Below, piece by piece: positions 37,560-49,620 of a stretch of DNA of 64,000 bases (positions are counted from its first letter, which is position 1; each line of letters begins with the position of its first letter). Made by a program: the position numbers and the translations under genes. The stretch spans positions 72,168,001 through 72,232,000 of the forward strand of contig OZ024747.1 of NCBI GenBank assembly GCA_964016885.1, given 5' to 3'. The notes beneath the pieces are model-generated. The model was not told the origin of the DNA, did no database searches, and saw only the letters and a program-made list of their open reading frames with translations. This stretch comes from Eledone cirrhosa (Eukaryota).

Positions 37560-38420
37560 TCATTTATAGCCATGTCTTCCTATTCCTCTTCTTTTTTCTG
37601 CATTCATTTCAATCAATCCTCTCCCTAGTCACTTTCATCCTTTTTCAATACAGGACCCAACCATTTCATTCTATTTCTTTTCACAACATTCATCACTGGT
37701 TCTATTCTCATTATTTTTTACAATTCATTGTTTGTTTTCTTCTTTCAGTGATACTCCACTCATCCATCACACCATTCTCATTCCTGTTCTTTCTAGCCAT
37801 CTCAGTTGCTCCATGTTCATCACCCATGTTTCACTACCAAAAATTATGGTACTTCTCACACAAGCAGTATACAACTTTCTCTTTAGTTTCAGTGATACTT
37901 CCCTCTTTATTAACACACCATTCACTTTCCAGAACTTCTTCCATGCACATCTCACTCTAGATACTTTTGCAGAGTCTGATCCACCTTCATTTATAATATA
38001 TCCAACATAATAAAACGTTTTCACACAGGTCCCAAGTTCCAGCTCAACATCCTGTCCATCTAAGCTCCCTCTAAACACAATTTATACTTAAATGTAGCTG
38101 TCACATTATTTAATAATCCCTTCACACTACTACATTTACAATGTACCTACCCAGAACATACCATATATTTAATGGAGTTCACTCCAACACCCTTCCTACA
38201 TACTGTGAACAGCCTCCTTTCAGTTTTTTCCATCTAAACAAATGCTTTACAGCTTGTCATCATCTTTGTTTCTCTAATATTCACCTTCATACATTCATCT
38301 TCTTGTTCAGTCCATCCATACTCTCTATTATTAATATTAAGTCATTTGTATACAACAAACCTCAGAGTAAACTCATTTACACTTTAGGCCAGTAACCTTA
38401 ACCAAACTACAGAAGGACCT
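37560..38420 (-). pseudogene. Degenerate RTE of a second family, also with a PHD relic
   Basis: FYYVG...RVRCAWKKF...LYTACVRSTIIFGSETW (37767-38078); upstream VCRKGVGVNSIKYMVCSG*VHCKCS (~38125-38215). Boundaries approximate. Confidence 0.75.
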
Positions 38421-39429
38421 CATGACAAGTATAACATATCTGGTAAGAGATGACAATCATAAAAGATTTACACCTTTCAGGTGGTGAATTACTAGAGTTG
38501 TTAGAGCTTATGACAAAATACCTTGTAGTAGTAGTACTTGTCCTGGTTCTCTGTGCTCTGAGTTCAAATCCCACCAAAGTAAATTTTACTATTCATAAAA
38601 CAAAGTTCTTGTCCAGAGTGATTAATTGGCAGACACACAGACGCACACATATAGCGACAGTGCATGGCCAGTGATTAGGGTGTTGGACTTATGATCATAA
38701 GACCATGGATTTGATTCCAGGACTGGGAAGTACATTGTATCTTGAGCATGACGCTTCATTTCACATTGCTTTTCATGGTAGGAATGGAGTACCTTTTATC
38801 AAAGCAGCCAAGAAACCTCTTACAAGATATCTCATAGGAGGCAAGCTAGACTGGCATAGGTATGAGCTGGCAAATTATTTTTCATATATATGAACCAGTC
38901 CACTCAGTATGGTGGATGTGCAGGTGCCATGATAAAAAACACCCAATCAACACTGTAAGTATCATCTCGAAAGCATCCAGCTCACCCTGTGAGATGGTAG
39001 TGCCAGAATCCCAATAAAATGCTCCTAGTACATGCTGTAATGTGGTTAGTGTTATGAAAGCCATCCAGCTGTAGGAACTTTGCTGCCAATACATGTTGTA
39101 AAGTGGTTGACATTAGGAGAGGCATACAACCAACACAGAGTATACAAGCAGTATATGGTTATCTGGTTGGGCTGGCCTCAACACATGACAATCTGTTTAA
39201 CGTATGGAAAATAGATGTTAAATAGTAATGATGATGATGATGATTAACCTTTGCTAACAGAGAAAGCAGATAAATGATGATGATTATGATATATATTGGG
39301 AATTTGACAAGATAGAAAGTGACACGGTAGTGAAATGATAGAGTAGATAGAGCCATAAAAGTAAAGAGAGTGGCCTGAAAAGACTGGGGAAAGGGGGAGA
39401 CAGAGAGCAATATCAATAGCTAGAAGAGA

Positions 39430-40405
39430 AGCTAGGAACCAGGTACAGAAAGGGAGGCACAGAAAAGAAGTTTGTTCTATGATGAGAGGATCAGAGGTAT
39501 GAAGTGTTCCAGATTGTGTGACAGTGTGCCAGGGAAAACTGACATTGTTCGGGAAAAGTGTGTTTGAAATGATAGTGGAGTACTTTCTATGACTGATATC
39601 TAAAAGAAAGAGGCATGGAAGTCATATTACAAAAGATTATTGAGGGCGGTGGATTGGCAGTATCGGTAGAGGGTCGGACGCCATGCTTTCCAGCATAGTT
39701 ACGTCCCTTTACGATCTGAGTTCAAATCCCGCCGAGGTTGACTTTGCCTTTCATCCTTACGGGGTAGATAAAATAAAGTACCAGCAATACACTGGTTAAT
39801 TGCTGGCCTTGTGCCTAAAGTAGAAACAATTATTGAACAAAGAGAAAAAACGGGAAAGTGGTGGCCTACCTAATGTATACGGCATATGCACAAGAAAAGT
39901 AGTCACTAAGAAAACATGTGAAATAAACTCCTTCAGTTACCTGGGAGGCTCCTTAAAACGTGTTGACATTACCTAGGGGATCTAATCAGCAGTGGGAAGG
40001 ATGCTCCGAAAGTGGGGGAGCTTGAGTAAAAGCAAGGAAAAAAGAAGTTTAGGGAACTAGTATTTCTACTAACAATAAAAGGTTTCTCTCATTGTGAAGT
40101 GTAGATTGTATGATGCCTGCATACAATTGGCAAAGTTAACATGGCAGTGAGACATGGACCTTACTGCAAAAGACAGAGGACCTGCCGAGGCTAGAAAGAA
40201 GTGAAACAAGTATGCTCTGGTGTATATGTAACATCACGGTGAATAAACAGTGTAGTATAAGCAAGCTGCGAGAACTCCGATGTCAAAAAGAGGTGAGCAG
40301 ATACTCCATATGGTGCACACAGTGTAATCTATGGACACACAAAAGATGTAGTGAGATTACAGACAGATTAATGGGGGAAATATATTTTGTAAATGCTGGT
40401 GCATA
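39430..40405 (+). pseudogene. Scrambled old RTE fragments interrupted by a Meta-core SINE (39644-39832, TSD ATTATTGA)
   Basis: Remnants such as CARENXDIVREKCV, AWKSYYKRLL, YDACI, GSETW and SIWCTQCNLWTHKRCS. Confidence 0.7.
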
Positions 40406-41267
40406 GAAGCAAGCACAAAGTTCAGTAAAAAATAACAACAAAAAACACATATATATTATTTTAGCGACCCTGGAAGAACGAATTGCACAGTTGACTCCCA
40501 GTGAGATTTGAACTCAGAATGTAAAGAATCAGAAGAAATGCCGCAATGGCATTTTATCCTATGCTCTACTAATTCTTTTAATCTATCATCCTTTTCTCAC
40601 CCAAACTATTAAAAATAAGGATTGAAAATCCTTGTTGATATTGTCTAAAAATAAAGAAATATATAATAGAATTCTATTCACAGTTGTATAAATGACATTA
40701 CAAATTGTTTATAATTCTCACAGGATGAAAATATAAACACATATAATAAATATAATTAATTATTGCTAAGAACCTCACAAATATAATGCACAAAAATATA
40801 TGATCAAAGCGAGAGAACCCCCCCCCCCCCTTTTGATACGAAGCCGCTCCTAGTTCTACGATGCTAAACTGTTTATTTTAAAGTATTTACATTTATCTAT
40901 AAACATTCCATCATTTTACGTTTCTTAAGTTCCACACACCAGCCTAACGAGAAAGTTAGTTATATTATTAGTAAATCGCTGCAATTTATTATTATCATTA
41001 TTATTATTTACGAAATTCTTTGAAAGTCATAGGCAGTGTCTTGCGTTAGAAATATGGAAACGAAAGGGTTAAGTAGAAACAGCTTAGAATAAAGAACAAT
41101 GAGATAGAAGCAAGCATGTGACGGATGTGTGAGGAGATACATGTGTGTGTGTGTGTATATATATATATGTATATATATAGATGAGATTCTACAGGACTAG
41201 AACTGTTTCATTCTTTAGGTACCTTACTTACTGTGGTTACCTCCGATTCAACCCGGAATAACGTACC

Positions 41268-41341
<74 letters not shown>

Positions 41342-41585
41342 TAGTATCGTCTCACCAACGGGGTGAACTAACTGTTCTGATACTACTTCTACCAAACTCC
41401 CTCCATGTACCGAGTGCTCTACTACCTACGAATATAACCCTCCAATGTTCTACTATTATATATATATATTCATGTTATTAAGTATTGTATATATCATTGT
41501 GTTTATATTTTCATTCTGTAAGAATTATAAACGATTTGTAATGTTATTTATACAATTGTGAATAAGAGAGAGAGTCTGCGCTACA

Positions 41586-41641
41586 ACCTTGAGGGGGGTT
41601 TCTGAACACACAAGCCGAAATCGCTTGGCGCCGCGGTCGGT
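41586..41641 (+). ncRNA. Degenerate type I hammerhead motif in MTHFS intron 1
   Basis: ACC-TTGAGGG-GGGTT..AAGCC-GAAA-TCGC ttggcgcc GCGG-TC-GGT; all three stems and GUC present, but the core is mutated at two positions. Confidence 0.4.
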
Positions 41642-41956
41642 ATAACTTAAAGTAAGCTGCTTCAATGGAGCTGTTTTAACTTTGAAAAAATAGTCGTGGG
41701 AATCTAACTCACATCATACACATACACGTATGTAATTCTATTGACGTCCTTGTATATACTAATGAGCTGATTAAAATAAACAAATGTAACCAGTTTTGTA
41801 GTTATCACATTATTAAATAGAAATAACAATGCTTTTTTTTAAAAATATTTTACATATCGTAATCAGTTCATTGTTGTAAGATAAAGACAATAATAATAAT
41901 AATTGATTAACAAATATTGCCTGAGATCGATATAATTGTAACAAAAGAATTATTAC

Positions 41957-42067
41957 CTTTCTTGAAATTATTTCTGATTGTTTTATTTTATCCTCGTCTG
42001 GTATTAACGATAATGTGTGTCGACATTTCTTTCTCATCACAGCTTTCGCTGTTTGTATCGTGGCCAT
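41957..42067 (-). CDS. MTHFS: 5-formyltetrahydrofolate cyclo-ligase, exon 1
   Basis: MATIQTAKAVMRKKCRHTLSLIPDEDKIKQSEIISRK matches the MTHFS N-terminal K..LR/MR helix; donor AAG|GTAATA, phase 0; exons total 618 nt = 205 aa + stop. Confidence 0.9.
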
Positions 42068-42252
42068 GATACTAAAGGGATGTAACTGCTGCAGTACAAA
42101 CTGACTAACCTCCCTTGCTTTAGGGAGGGGGGGGGGGGGGGGGGGGAGAGCGCGACAAAGAAAGAAACGAGATGAAGAGAGTGAGGGAGAAAGTGGGGGT
42201 GGGGTGAATATCAAGAATCTTACTGCACCACTTAGGAACTATTTCGTGCGAA

Positions 42253-42520
42253 GGCGTGTGGCTTAATGGCTAGAGCGTTCGGCTCGGCTCACGTTCCTGA
42301 GTTCGATTCCCGGTTGTACGTTGTGTGTCCTTGGACAAGCTACTTTATTTCATGTTGCTCCAGTCCTTTCAACTAGCCAAAGAAAAAAAAATGAGATATG
42401 CCTATAATTCGAAAGGCCGCCCTTTTCGTTCTCTGTTTCACGCTATATCTCCCTGAAAACTACGTTATGGTTACAGGTGTAGGCAGAATGTTCAGCCACG
42501 TTCTACGAGACCGACGGAGG
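42253..42520 (+). mobile_element. tRNA-derived CORE-like SINE just upstream of MTHFS
   Basis: GGCGTGTGGCTTAATGGCTAGAG...GAGTTCGATTCC...GTGTCCTTGGACAAGCTACTTT; related relics at 1-230, 9950-10180, 55930-56280 and 59848-60310. Confidence 0.7.
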
Positions 42521-43314
42521 AGCAGCACAACTGTTTAACACCATAGGAAAGTTCAATAAGATAGATCGATAACGGCAATTAAGGTGAAGAGTAAAAAATG
42601 TAGCGTTTCAGGTATTTGGTTTTCGTTTGAGAGTAAAGAAGAGAGGAAAAGTAGTGTGGTCTCTTTAGATGTGCAGCAAGGATATAATTTGAATGAGTGC
42701 AATAAAAAAAAAAGTGATTTGACGAAATATATTGAATATATCTTATCTTATCTGTGTTCCATATTTAGAATGAGTGCAACTGACTGATAACCTGAGCCAT
42801 GAACTATCACTTCATATATGTCACTGTTAATACGCAGACGTTCTGATAAAAACGCTTTTGTTTACTTTTAATAAGAAGACATTGTTAGTAAGGAAATTTT
42901 ATTGAGGACATTGTTTCATCAAGGGAGGAGGAAGAGAATAAGTTACATATATTGAGAGAAGGGGAAGGGATACATTATATATATATAGAGAGGGGGGCTT
43001 ACTATTAAATGCTTCATTTTCTTACTAATCATGCTTATGAAAGTAAATATAATCCATATACCACCATCATTAATGAAACTTAAGATTCAGTCGACCTTGA
43101 CCGGCGGGAGGGAGAAGATATTGCTATAGAAGATGGTGCGGGAGAGACTCTGGAACAGTCAATCCACCTCACAAGGATCACACCTGCAGGCAACCAACTC
43201 CGCTCAGATAGCAGGGGTGAAGGGACAAGAACACTGGAAGTATCCACTGCCATGGACTCAATCATAAACCTATCAAAGGGTGAGCAATACTTGGACAGTT
43301 TTCCCTCTTTGGCC

Positions 43315-43395
43315 TAGGGTGTCCCAAAAATATGTATACACACTTCATCAGCATTCTAATAAAAGTATGTATACAGTTTTGGGGGACACTCTCTA
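43315..43395. mobile_element. Tiny Tc1-like MITE
   Basis: AGGGTGTCCCAAAAATATGTATACA ... TGTATACAGTTTTGGGGGACACTCT inverted ends; a further TIR-like copy follows at ~43400. Confidence 0.55.
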
Positions 43396-43510
43396 TATAT
43401 ACAGGATGTCCCCAAAGCTGTCCACACTCTTTAAGTGATAATAAATGCATTGTTTATTGAGTTAGAAACAAGACTAAAGGTTAAATGTGACTATATGTTT
43501 TTGTGACAGC

Positions 43511-43616
<106 letters not shown>

Positions 43617-43740
43617 ATAATAATAAATTTGAAGACTAAAATTCAAAGAGGGCTCGATAAGGATAAATATATATCAAATATATAAGAACCGTAGAGCAAA
43701 TATTTATTAAAATAACAGATTAAAGTTTAAGCAAAGAATC

Positions 43741-44325
43741 GGTGCTTATAGTAAAATTTTTAATAGAAATACTATTAAAATTTCTTACTCTACGACTCCT
43801 AACCTTGCACATAACATCACAGCTTCAAATTTAGCTAAACTACCTAGCCGTAGGAACACGTGCAACCCTGTAGTTAGTACTAACTGTAATTGTAGGAATC
43901 GGGCTGATTGCTCCCTATCCGGGAAATGCCTCTCTAGTAACATTGTCTACAAATGTAAGGTTGTAACACCCACGTCCCGTAGGGCCTACATAGGGTTAAC
44001 CGCCAATAGTTTCAAGCAGCGTCTTTACATGCATACCCATTCTTTTCGTTACGCTCTAAGAAGGAATATGACGTCACTTTCAGCTTATATCTGGAGTCTA
44101 AAAGACAACCACACCCAATATAAGTTACACTGGGAGATCCTAGCTAGGGCTAGATCGTATAACGGAAATAAAAGACCATGTGACCTCTGCGCCGCTGAGG
44201 CCCTGGAAATACTCTACGCCACAGACCACATCTTAAACAAAAAATCTGAGGCAATTTCGGCTTGTAAACATAAATTGCACAAAACTTTCCTGTATTACAG
44301 CCCCACGTTATACCCTAACGGATAG
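43741..44325 (+). pseudogene. Penelope-like RT-linker + GIY-YIG endonuclease fragment
   Basis: Open frame KIFNRNTIKISYS...CNCRNRADCSLSGKC...IVYKCKV...YIGLT..FKQRLYMH..SF...TSLSAYIW.LK...CDLC..E...LNKKSE...CKH. Confidence 0.9.
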
Positions 44326-45251
44326 TACGATCTATACGTGGATATTTTACGTCTTGATGTGGGAGCTAAGTATATGTTTTGTTTATTCCTTTACTTATTT
44401 GCATAGGTAAGTATATACTACCCGTATGTTTTGTGAAGGTACGTATACCTTCTCGTACGTATATTTGATTGTTTTGGTGTATAATTTTATATATTCTGGT
44501 ACATAGGGTTTGGCTATGTGTACACGGGAGTTTTTGCGTCTGTGTGAGTATGCAGGTTCGTACGTATGGTGGGTGTGTGTATATGTATACGTCTTGTTTT
44601 AGTTGACTTACGTCTCCGAACATTCGTGTATTTATATGTAGGTATGTGTGTGCGCTTGTTATATACGTATTTATTTATTTATATACGTTTATATAATTAT
44701 TTATTTATTTGTATACACGCATACACACACACATATTTATATGTGCGTGGTTTTGTATACCTATGGTAAGGTTTTGCGTATGCTTGTGTATGTACGTATT
44801 TGTTTGCGTGTATGTATTTATTTATTTCTATTACTTCTGTATTGTATTTATTTACTTTGTTCTTAACTCTGTAGCGGAGATTCATTTGGTCTCCTAGTTA
44901 GAATTTTAGTCTACGACTTCTGCTATACCATTTACGTGGTTTTGTCTTTGCGTGCTATTGTTCTCCATGCTCCACATATGACGTATTATCTTCGTTTTTT
45001 CGTTCATTGCCAGAGAACGTCTCTATGCACCACCTAAGAGAACATTAGTCTACGACCTCTTTTATACCATAAATGTGGTTCTGTCTTTGCGCGTAATTGT
45101 TTTTCACCGCTCCTATTAATGACGTATTATTCGTTTTTTCCAGTTCTTTGCCAGCGAACGTTACCACGAACCAAAGTATCGTCTTCCTGTCTTTCTCCGG
45201 TTGCAACGTTTTTTGAAATATCCAGTTCTGAGTTTACAGATTGACTTTGAT

Positions 45252-45302
45252 AGTTTCAGAAGCTCCCGTTAAGGGTGAAAGCAGCGATTCTTTGCTTAAA
45301 CT
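45252..45302 (+). ncRNA. Variant or degenerate hammerhead in the Penelope-like 3' repeat
   Basis: AGTTT-CAGAAGC-T-CCC gttaa GGG-T-GAAA-GCA gcgattctt TGC-TT-AAACT; stems I-III pair, but the core deviates from CUGANGA at two positions. Confidence 0.5.
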
Positions 45303-45326
45303 TTAATCTGTTATTTTAATAAATAA

Positions 45327-45362
<36 letters not shown>

Positions 45363-45365
45363 CAT

Positions 45366-45554
45366 ATAACGAAGGAAGTGTAGTAAGGAAGCAAGTAGAC
45401 CATAACGCACCAGAGTACTCGATACTATGGGTAGTAGAGTGCGTAATAGGAAAAGAGTCAGGACCCCGACGGCTGAGCTCCGGCCGTTTCGACAGCTATC
45501 TCTGAACAGTTCAGAGATAGCTGTCGAAACGGCGGGAGCTCAGCCGTCGGGGTC

Positions 45555-45562
<8 letters not shown>
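45366..45562. repeat. Near-perfect palindrome (54-bp arms) containing a hammerhead 3' half
   Basis: 45454-45507 / 45509-45562, 1-nt loop, one mismatch; each arm carries GCTGTC-GAAA-CGGC..GCCG-TC-GGGGTC. Confidence 0.85.
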
Positions 45563-45640
<78 letters not shown>

Positions 45641-45642
45641 CT

Positions 45643-46066
45643 TTCTATATACATGCCTCATTTAAAAAAAAAGCAATTTGTTTCTTTTATAAATAATTTA
45701 TCAATTTTCCCTTATTTATTATATAAATGGCTGTGATTAAAGAGTTTGCTTTGCAAACACATGGCTTCCAGCTCACTCCCATTGTGTAGCCACTTGTACA
45801 TGTGTCTTCCACTATAACCTCAGATTGACCCCTGCTTTGTGAATAACATTTGGTTGCCAGAAACTGCAGAAATCCGTCACGTATATATATATATATAGTG
45901 GAAGACACATGTACAAGTGGCTACACAATGGGAGTGAGCTGGAAGCCATGTGTTTGCAAAGCTAACTCTTTAATCACAGCCATTTATATAATAAATAAGG
46001 GAAAATTGATAAATTATTTATAAAAGAAACAAATTACTTTTTTTTAAATGAGGCATGTATATAGAA
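45643..46066. repeat. ~173-bp inverted duplication of local sequence (includes an old SINE head)
   Basis: 45643-45816 vs 45894-46066 are near-identical reverse complements; the second arm starts in a (TA)n run. Confidence 0.9.
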
Positions 46067-47633
46067 TAAAAGTGGGTGAAAGTACTTGCACACTCACACA
46101 CTCACACATTATACCAGAGAATGGTAGTATTCCCCTCTAAAAAATGATAGAGTAAGCAAATTATTGGTGATGTTTAACTCCATATGCCATTTCTTTCATT
46201 CTTTCATTTTTTTTAAAGATGGCAGGGTGGGATTTGAGGGAGACTTGGCTGCTATTTCTAGGAGGTTGAGTGACTTCACAGGGCGACTGTGATTTATTTA
46301 TTTCCTGAAGGTGAAATTTTATTGGCATTCAATTCTGAAGATGTCTTATTTGTTTTAATTACCCAGGAAGAAGGACAGTACCCATTAGTCTTTCCTGGAC
46401 TTCTACGATTGGTGGGAGGGAGGGAAATATCTTCAAACTTTTGTAACAGAATGGTCTCTTCTAAAGCAAACCAAGGGCCAGATGGTGATGTTAAATTGTA
46501 CAACATATGGAGTTTATTATTTTAGTAGACCATGAAAACATTTGAATTCAGAAGGCAAAGGACTTGCTAACTAAATTTCTAAAATCCCACATGAGAAAAA
46601 TATATCTGTTTAATCCTTACGACAAAGAGACTAATTCAATATCAATTATGTAAATGCACCCAGTACACTCTGTAAAGTGGTTGGTGATAGGAAGAGTATC
46701 TAGTCATAGAAAATCTGGTTTGGGAAAACTCTTCATTTGTGTCAAAGACATGAAATCTCTCTAGTGTTAATGATTTACAGGATAAATGCACCCAGTACAC
46801 TCTGTAAAGTGGTTGATGTTAAGAAGAGTATCAAGCCATAAAAATTGATGATGATGATGATGACATTTATAACTGTAAAGATTCATTACATTCATATATC
46901 TACCTTGATGCATTCCATCACCACCGCAACCACCACCATCCACAACAACAACAAGAACAACACTGCCACTAACACCACCTTCATCACCACCACCTCTACA
47001 ACCACCATCATTACCACAACTACCAGCAATAACACCAAGCATCACCACCACCACCACCACCACCACCACCACCATCAACACCACCGGTATCATACCAACA
47101 CCACCAACACTCCTCCTCCTCTTTTACAGCACCTCCTCCCCATTCACCTCCTCTCCCCTCTACTTCCTCATCCTCCTCAATGTCATTTTTTTCCTCATGA
47201 AACATGTTGATCAATATTCTCTTACAATTAGTCAACACTTGCTATTCATTCTAATAACTTCACCACCACCACTACTACTACTATTATCTTCCTCATTGTT
47301 GGTGGTGGTATTGTTGTTGAAGATACTGGTATAGTTGTTATTGGTGGTGATGGTGATGGTACTGATGTTTGGTGTGACTGGTATTGTTGTTGATGATGGT
47401 GATGGTGGTGCTGTTGTTGTTATTGTTGTTGTTACTGCTTTTGTTGTCTTTGTTGTTATTGTTATTGCTGCTGTTGTTGTTAGTTTTATCATTAATAAAT
47501 GTAATTCTAAAGAGTTAAAAATCAGGTTTATTGTTGGTACTATTGAACTCTATGGAATGGGTCTCCGTCTGTTTAGACGATGAGTGTTCTAATTATTCAA
47601 TCAACGGAATTTTTATACCGTACTTATAATATA

Positions 47634-48084
47634 GCTGTTTCTACTTTTGGCACAAAGCCAGCAATTACCCCAATGTATTACTGGTACTTTATTTTATCGA
47701 CCCCGTAAGGATAAAAGGCAAAGTTAACTTCGGCAGGATTTGAACTCAGAACGCAAAGGGCCATAACTCTATGCTGCAAATCACGGTGTCTGACGCTCTA
47801 CCGATACGGCCAATCCTATAATATAACTGTTTCTACTTTAGGCACAAGGCCAGCAATAACACAGTGCATTACTGGTACTTTATTTATACCTATAATATAA
47901 CTGTTTCTACTTTAGGCACAAGGCCAGCAATTACCCAGTGCATTACTGGTACTTTATTTTATCGACCCCGTAAGGATGAAAGGCAAAGTCAACCTCGGCG
48001 GGATTTGAACTCAGATCGTAAAGGGACGTAACTATGCTGAAAAGCATGGCGTCCGACCCTCTACCGATACTGCCAATCCACCGC
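47634..48084 (-). mobile_element. Three stacked Meta-core SINEs (one truncated) at one target site
   Basis: (C)CTATAATATAAC-type sequence at 47625, 47815, 47889 and 48084 separates the copies. Confidence 0.88.
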
Positions 48085-48111
48085 CTATAATATAACGCAG
48101 AGAAAACAGCA

Positions 48112-48248
48112 TATGTGGGTAGGCTGAAAAGTTCTTAGGCTGACTATAAAGGAGTGATGTTAGAGCTATAAAATTGAAATATATACCTCATTTGGTCATT
48201 CCATGAGAGTATCTTAGTCAGCCTATGAACTTTTCAGCCGACTCTTTT
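48112..48248. mobile_element. Internally deleted mariner-like MITE
   Basis: GGCTGAAAAGTTCTTAGGCTGACTA / TAGTCAGCCTATGAACTTTTCAGCC inverted ends. Confidence 0.75.
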
Positions 48249-48619
48249 ATTGTGATCACATTCAGACGGAGTCCATTAGATAAAAATAATTGGCTTGTAA
48301 AAACCACTCATTTTAATAAAAAAAATAATTTGATAACATTTTCCATTTTAATTTCTTCCTAGATTTCCAAGTGGAACATTTATCCATGTCTTGAGGAAAT
48401 TTTACAATTAAGTAAATTGTTGAATTCTTTAAAATTCTTTATTGAAAGAGCTTATGTGAAAAAGTTTGAGGACAAGTTAATTCCCTTTAAAAGAAAAATA
48501 ATTCTTATGGGGAAAAGAGTTATTTCCCTTCCGAGAGGTGACGCGGCTGTGACAGCCCGTCTGACTCGTCGTCCTTCGGGGCAATATATTCTCTATAAGG
48601 AGTGGGATAATAAGAGACG

Positions 48620-49620
48620 GTCGATATAGAGAGGAGGAGAGTTTGGTGGTGATGGATATAGAGAGGGGGTGGGAGAGATAAGTGTAGATAGATATAGAAA
48701 GGGGGAGGTTTTGTTGGTGATATATAAAGTGAGGTGATTGGGAGAGATAGGTAGAAATAAACAGAGAGAGGGGAGAGTTTAGTGGTAAGGGATATAGAAA
48801 GGGGGATAATGAGAGTGTTTAGTATGAGAGATTGTGTAGAGAGAGTGTTGTATGGTATATATATAGAGAGAGGGGTATTAAGAGAGAGTTTTGTGTAGTA
48901 GATATAGAGAGGGGAGAGTTTAGTGCTAATTGATATAAAGAGGTGGGTAATGAAAATGGGCGGGGGGAAAGTTTGGTGTTGATCGATATAGAGAGGGGGA
49001 TTGGGAGAGAGTGTTGTATGGTAGATATAGGGAGGATAAGAGTTTGGTGGTATTTGATATAGAGAGGGGGATTGGGAGAGAGTGTTGTATGGTAGATATA
49101 GGGAGGGTAAGAGTTTGGTGGTATTTGATATAGAGAGGGGATTTGGGAGAGTGTGTTGTATATTAGATATAGAGAGGGGGATTGGGAGAGAGTGTTGTAT
49201 GGTTGATGTAAAGAGGGGGAGAGTTTGGTGGTAAGGAATAGAGTGAGAGGATTGATAAAGATTGGTAGTGATAGATATAGAGAGGCGGAGAGTTTGGTAG
49301 TGATGAATAGAGTGAGAGGGTATGAGAGAGTGTTATATGGTAGATATATACAAAGGCCGGTGGATTGGCAGTATCGGTAAAGGATCGGACGCCATGCTTT
49401 GACGCATAGAGTTACGGCCCTTGCCATTCTGAGTTCAAATCCCGCCGAGGTTAACTTTGCCTTTCATCCTTATGGGGTCGATAAAATAAAGTACCAGTAA
49501 TGTACTGGGTAATTGCTGGCCTTGTGCCTAAAGTAGAAACAGTTATATGGTAGATATAGAGAGAGGGAGAGTTTGGTGTTAATTGATATAGAGAGGGGGA
49601 TTGGAAGAGAGTTCTGCGTA
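48620..49620. repeat. Purine-rich degenerate minisatellite with a SINE inserted (49354-49541)
   Basis: Recurring GATATAGAGAGGGGGATTGGGAGAGAGTGTTGTATGGTA; SINE flanked by GTTATATGGTAGATATA. Confidence 0.85.

Larger units (their letters stand above)
43701..45325 (+). mobile_element. 5'-truncated Penelope-like element (Naiad-like) with an inverted copy of its 3' end at the 5' junction
   Basis: 43701-43741 is the exact reverse complement of 45285-45325; GIY-YIG coding fragment inside; (TA)n on both sides. Confidence 0.88.

Noticed and set aside
44906-45160. SECIS element in the Penelope-like 3' region
   Set aside because: ATGAC occurs in both tandem units, but I see no proper stem with an apical AA, and the surviving coding fragment has no in-frame TGA.
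46294-46506. 70-aa minus-strand ORF as a host exon
   Set aside because: In-frame stop just upstream, no usable splice acceptor, no recognisable domain.
47020-47600. Minus-strand Thr/Asn-rich ORFs as a mucin-like gene
   Set aside because: Mostly trinucleotide low-complexity sequence, broken frames and no convincing splice sites.
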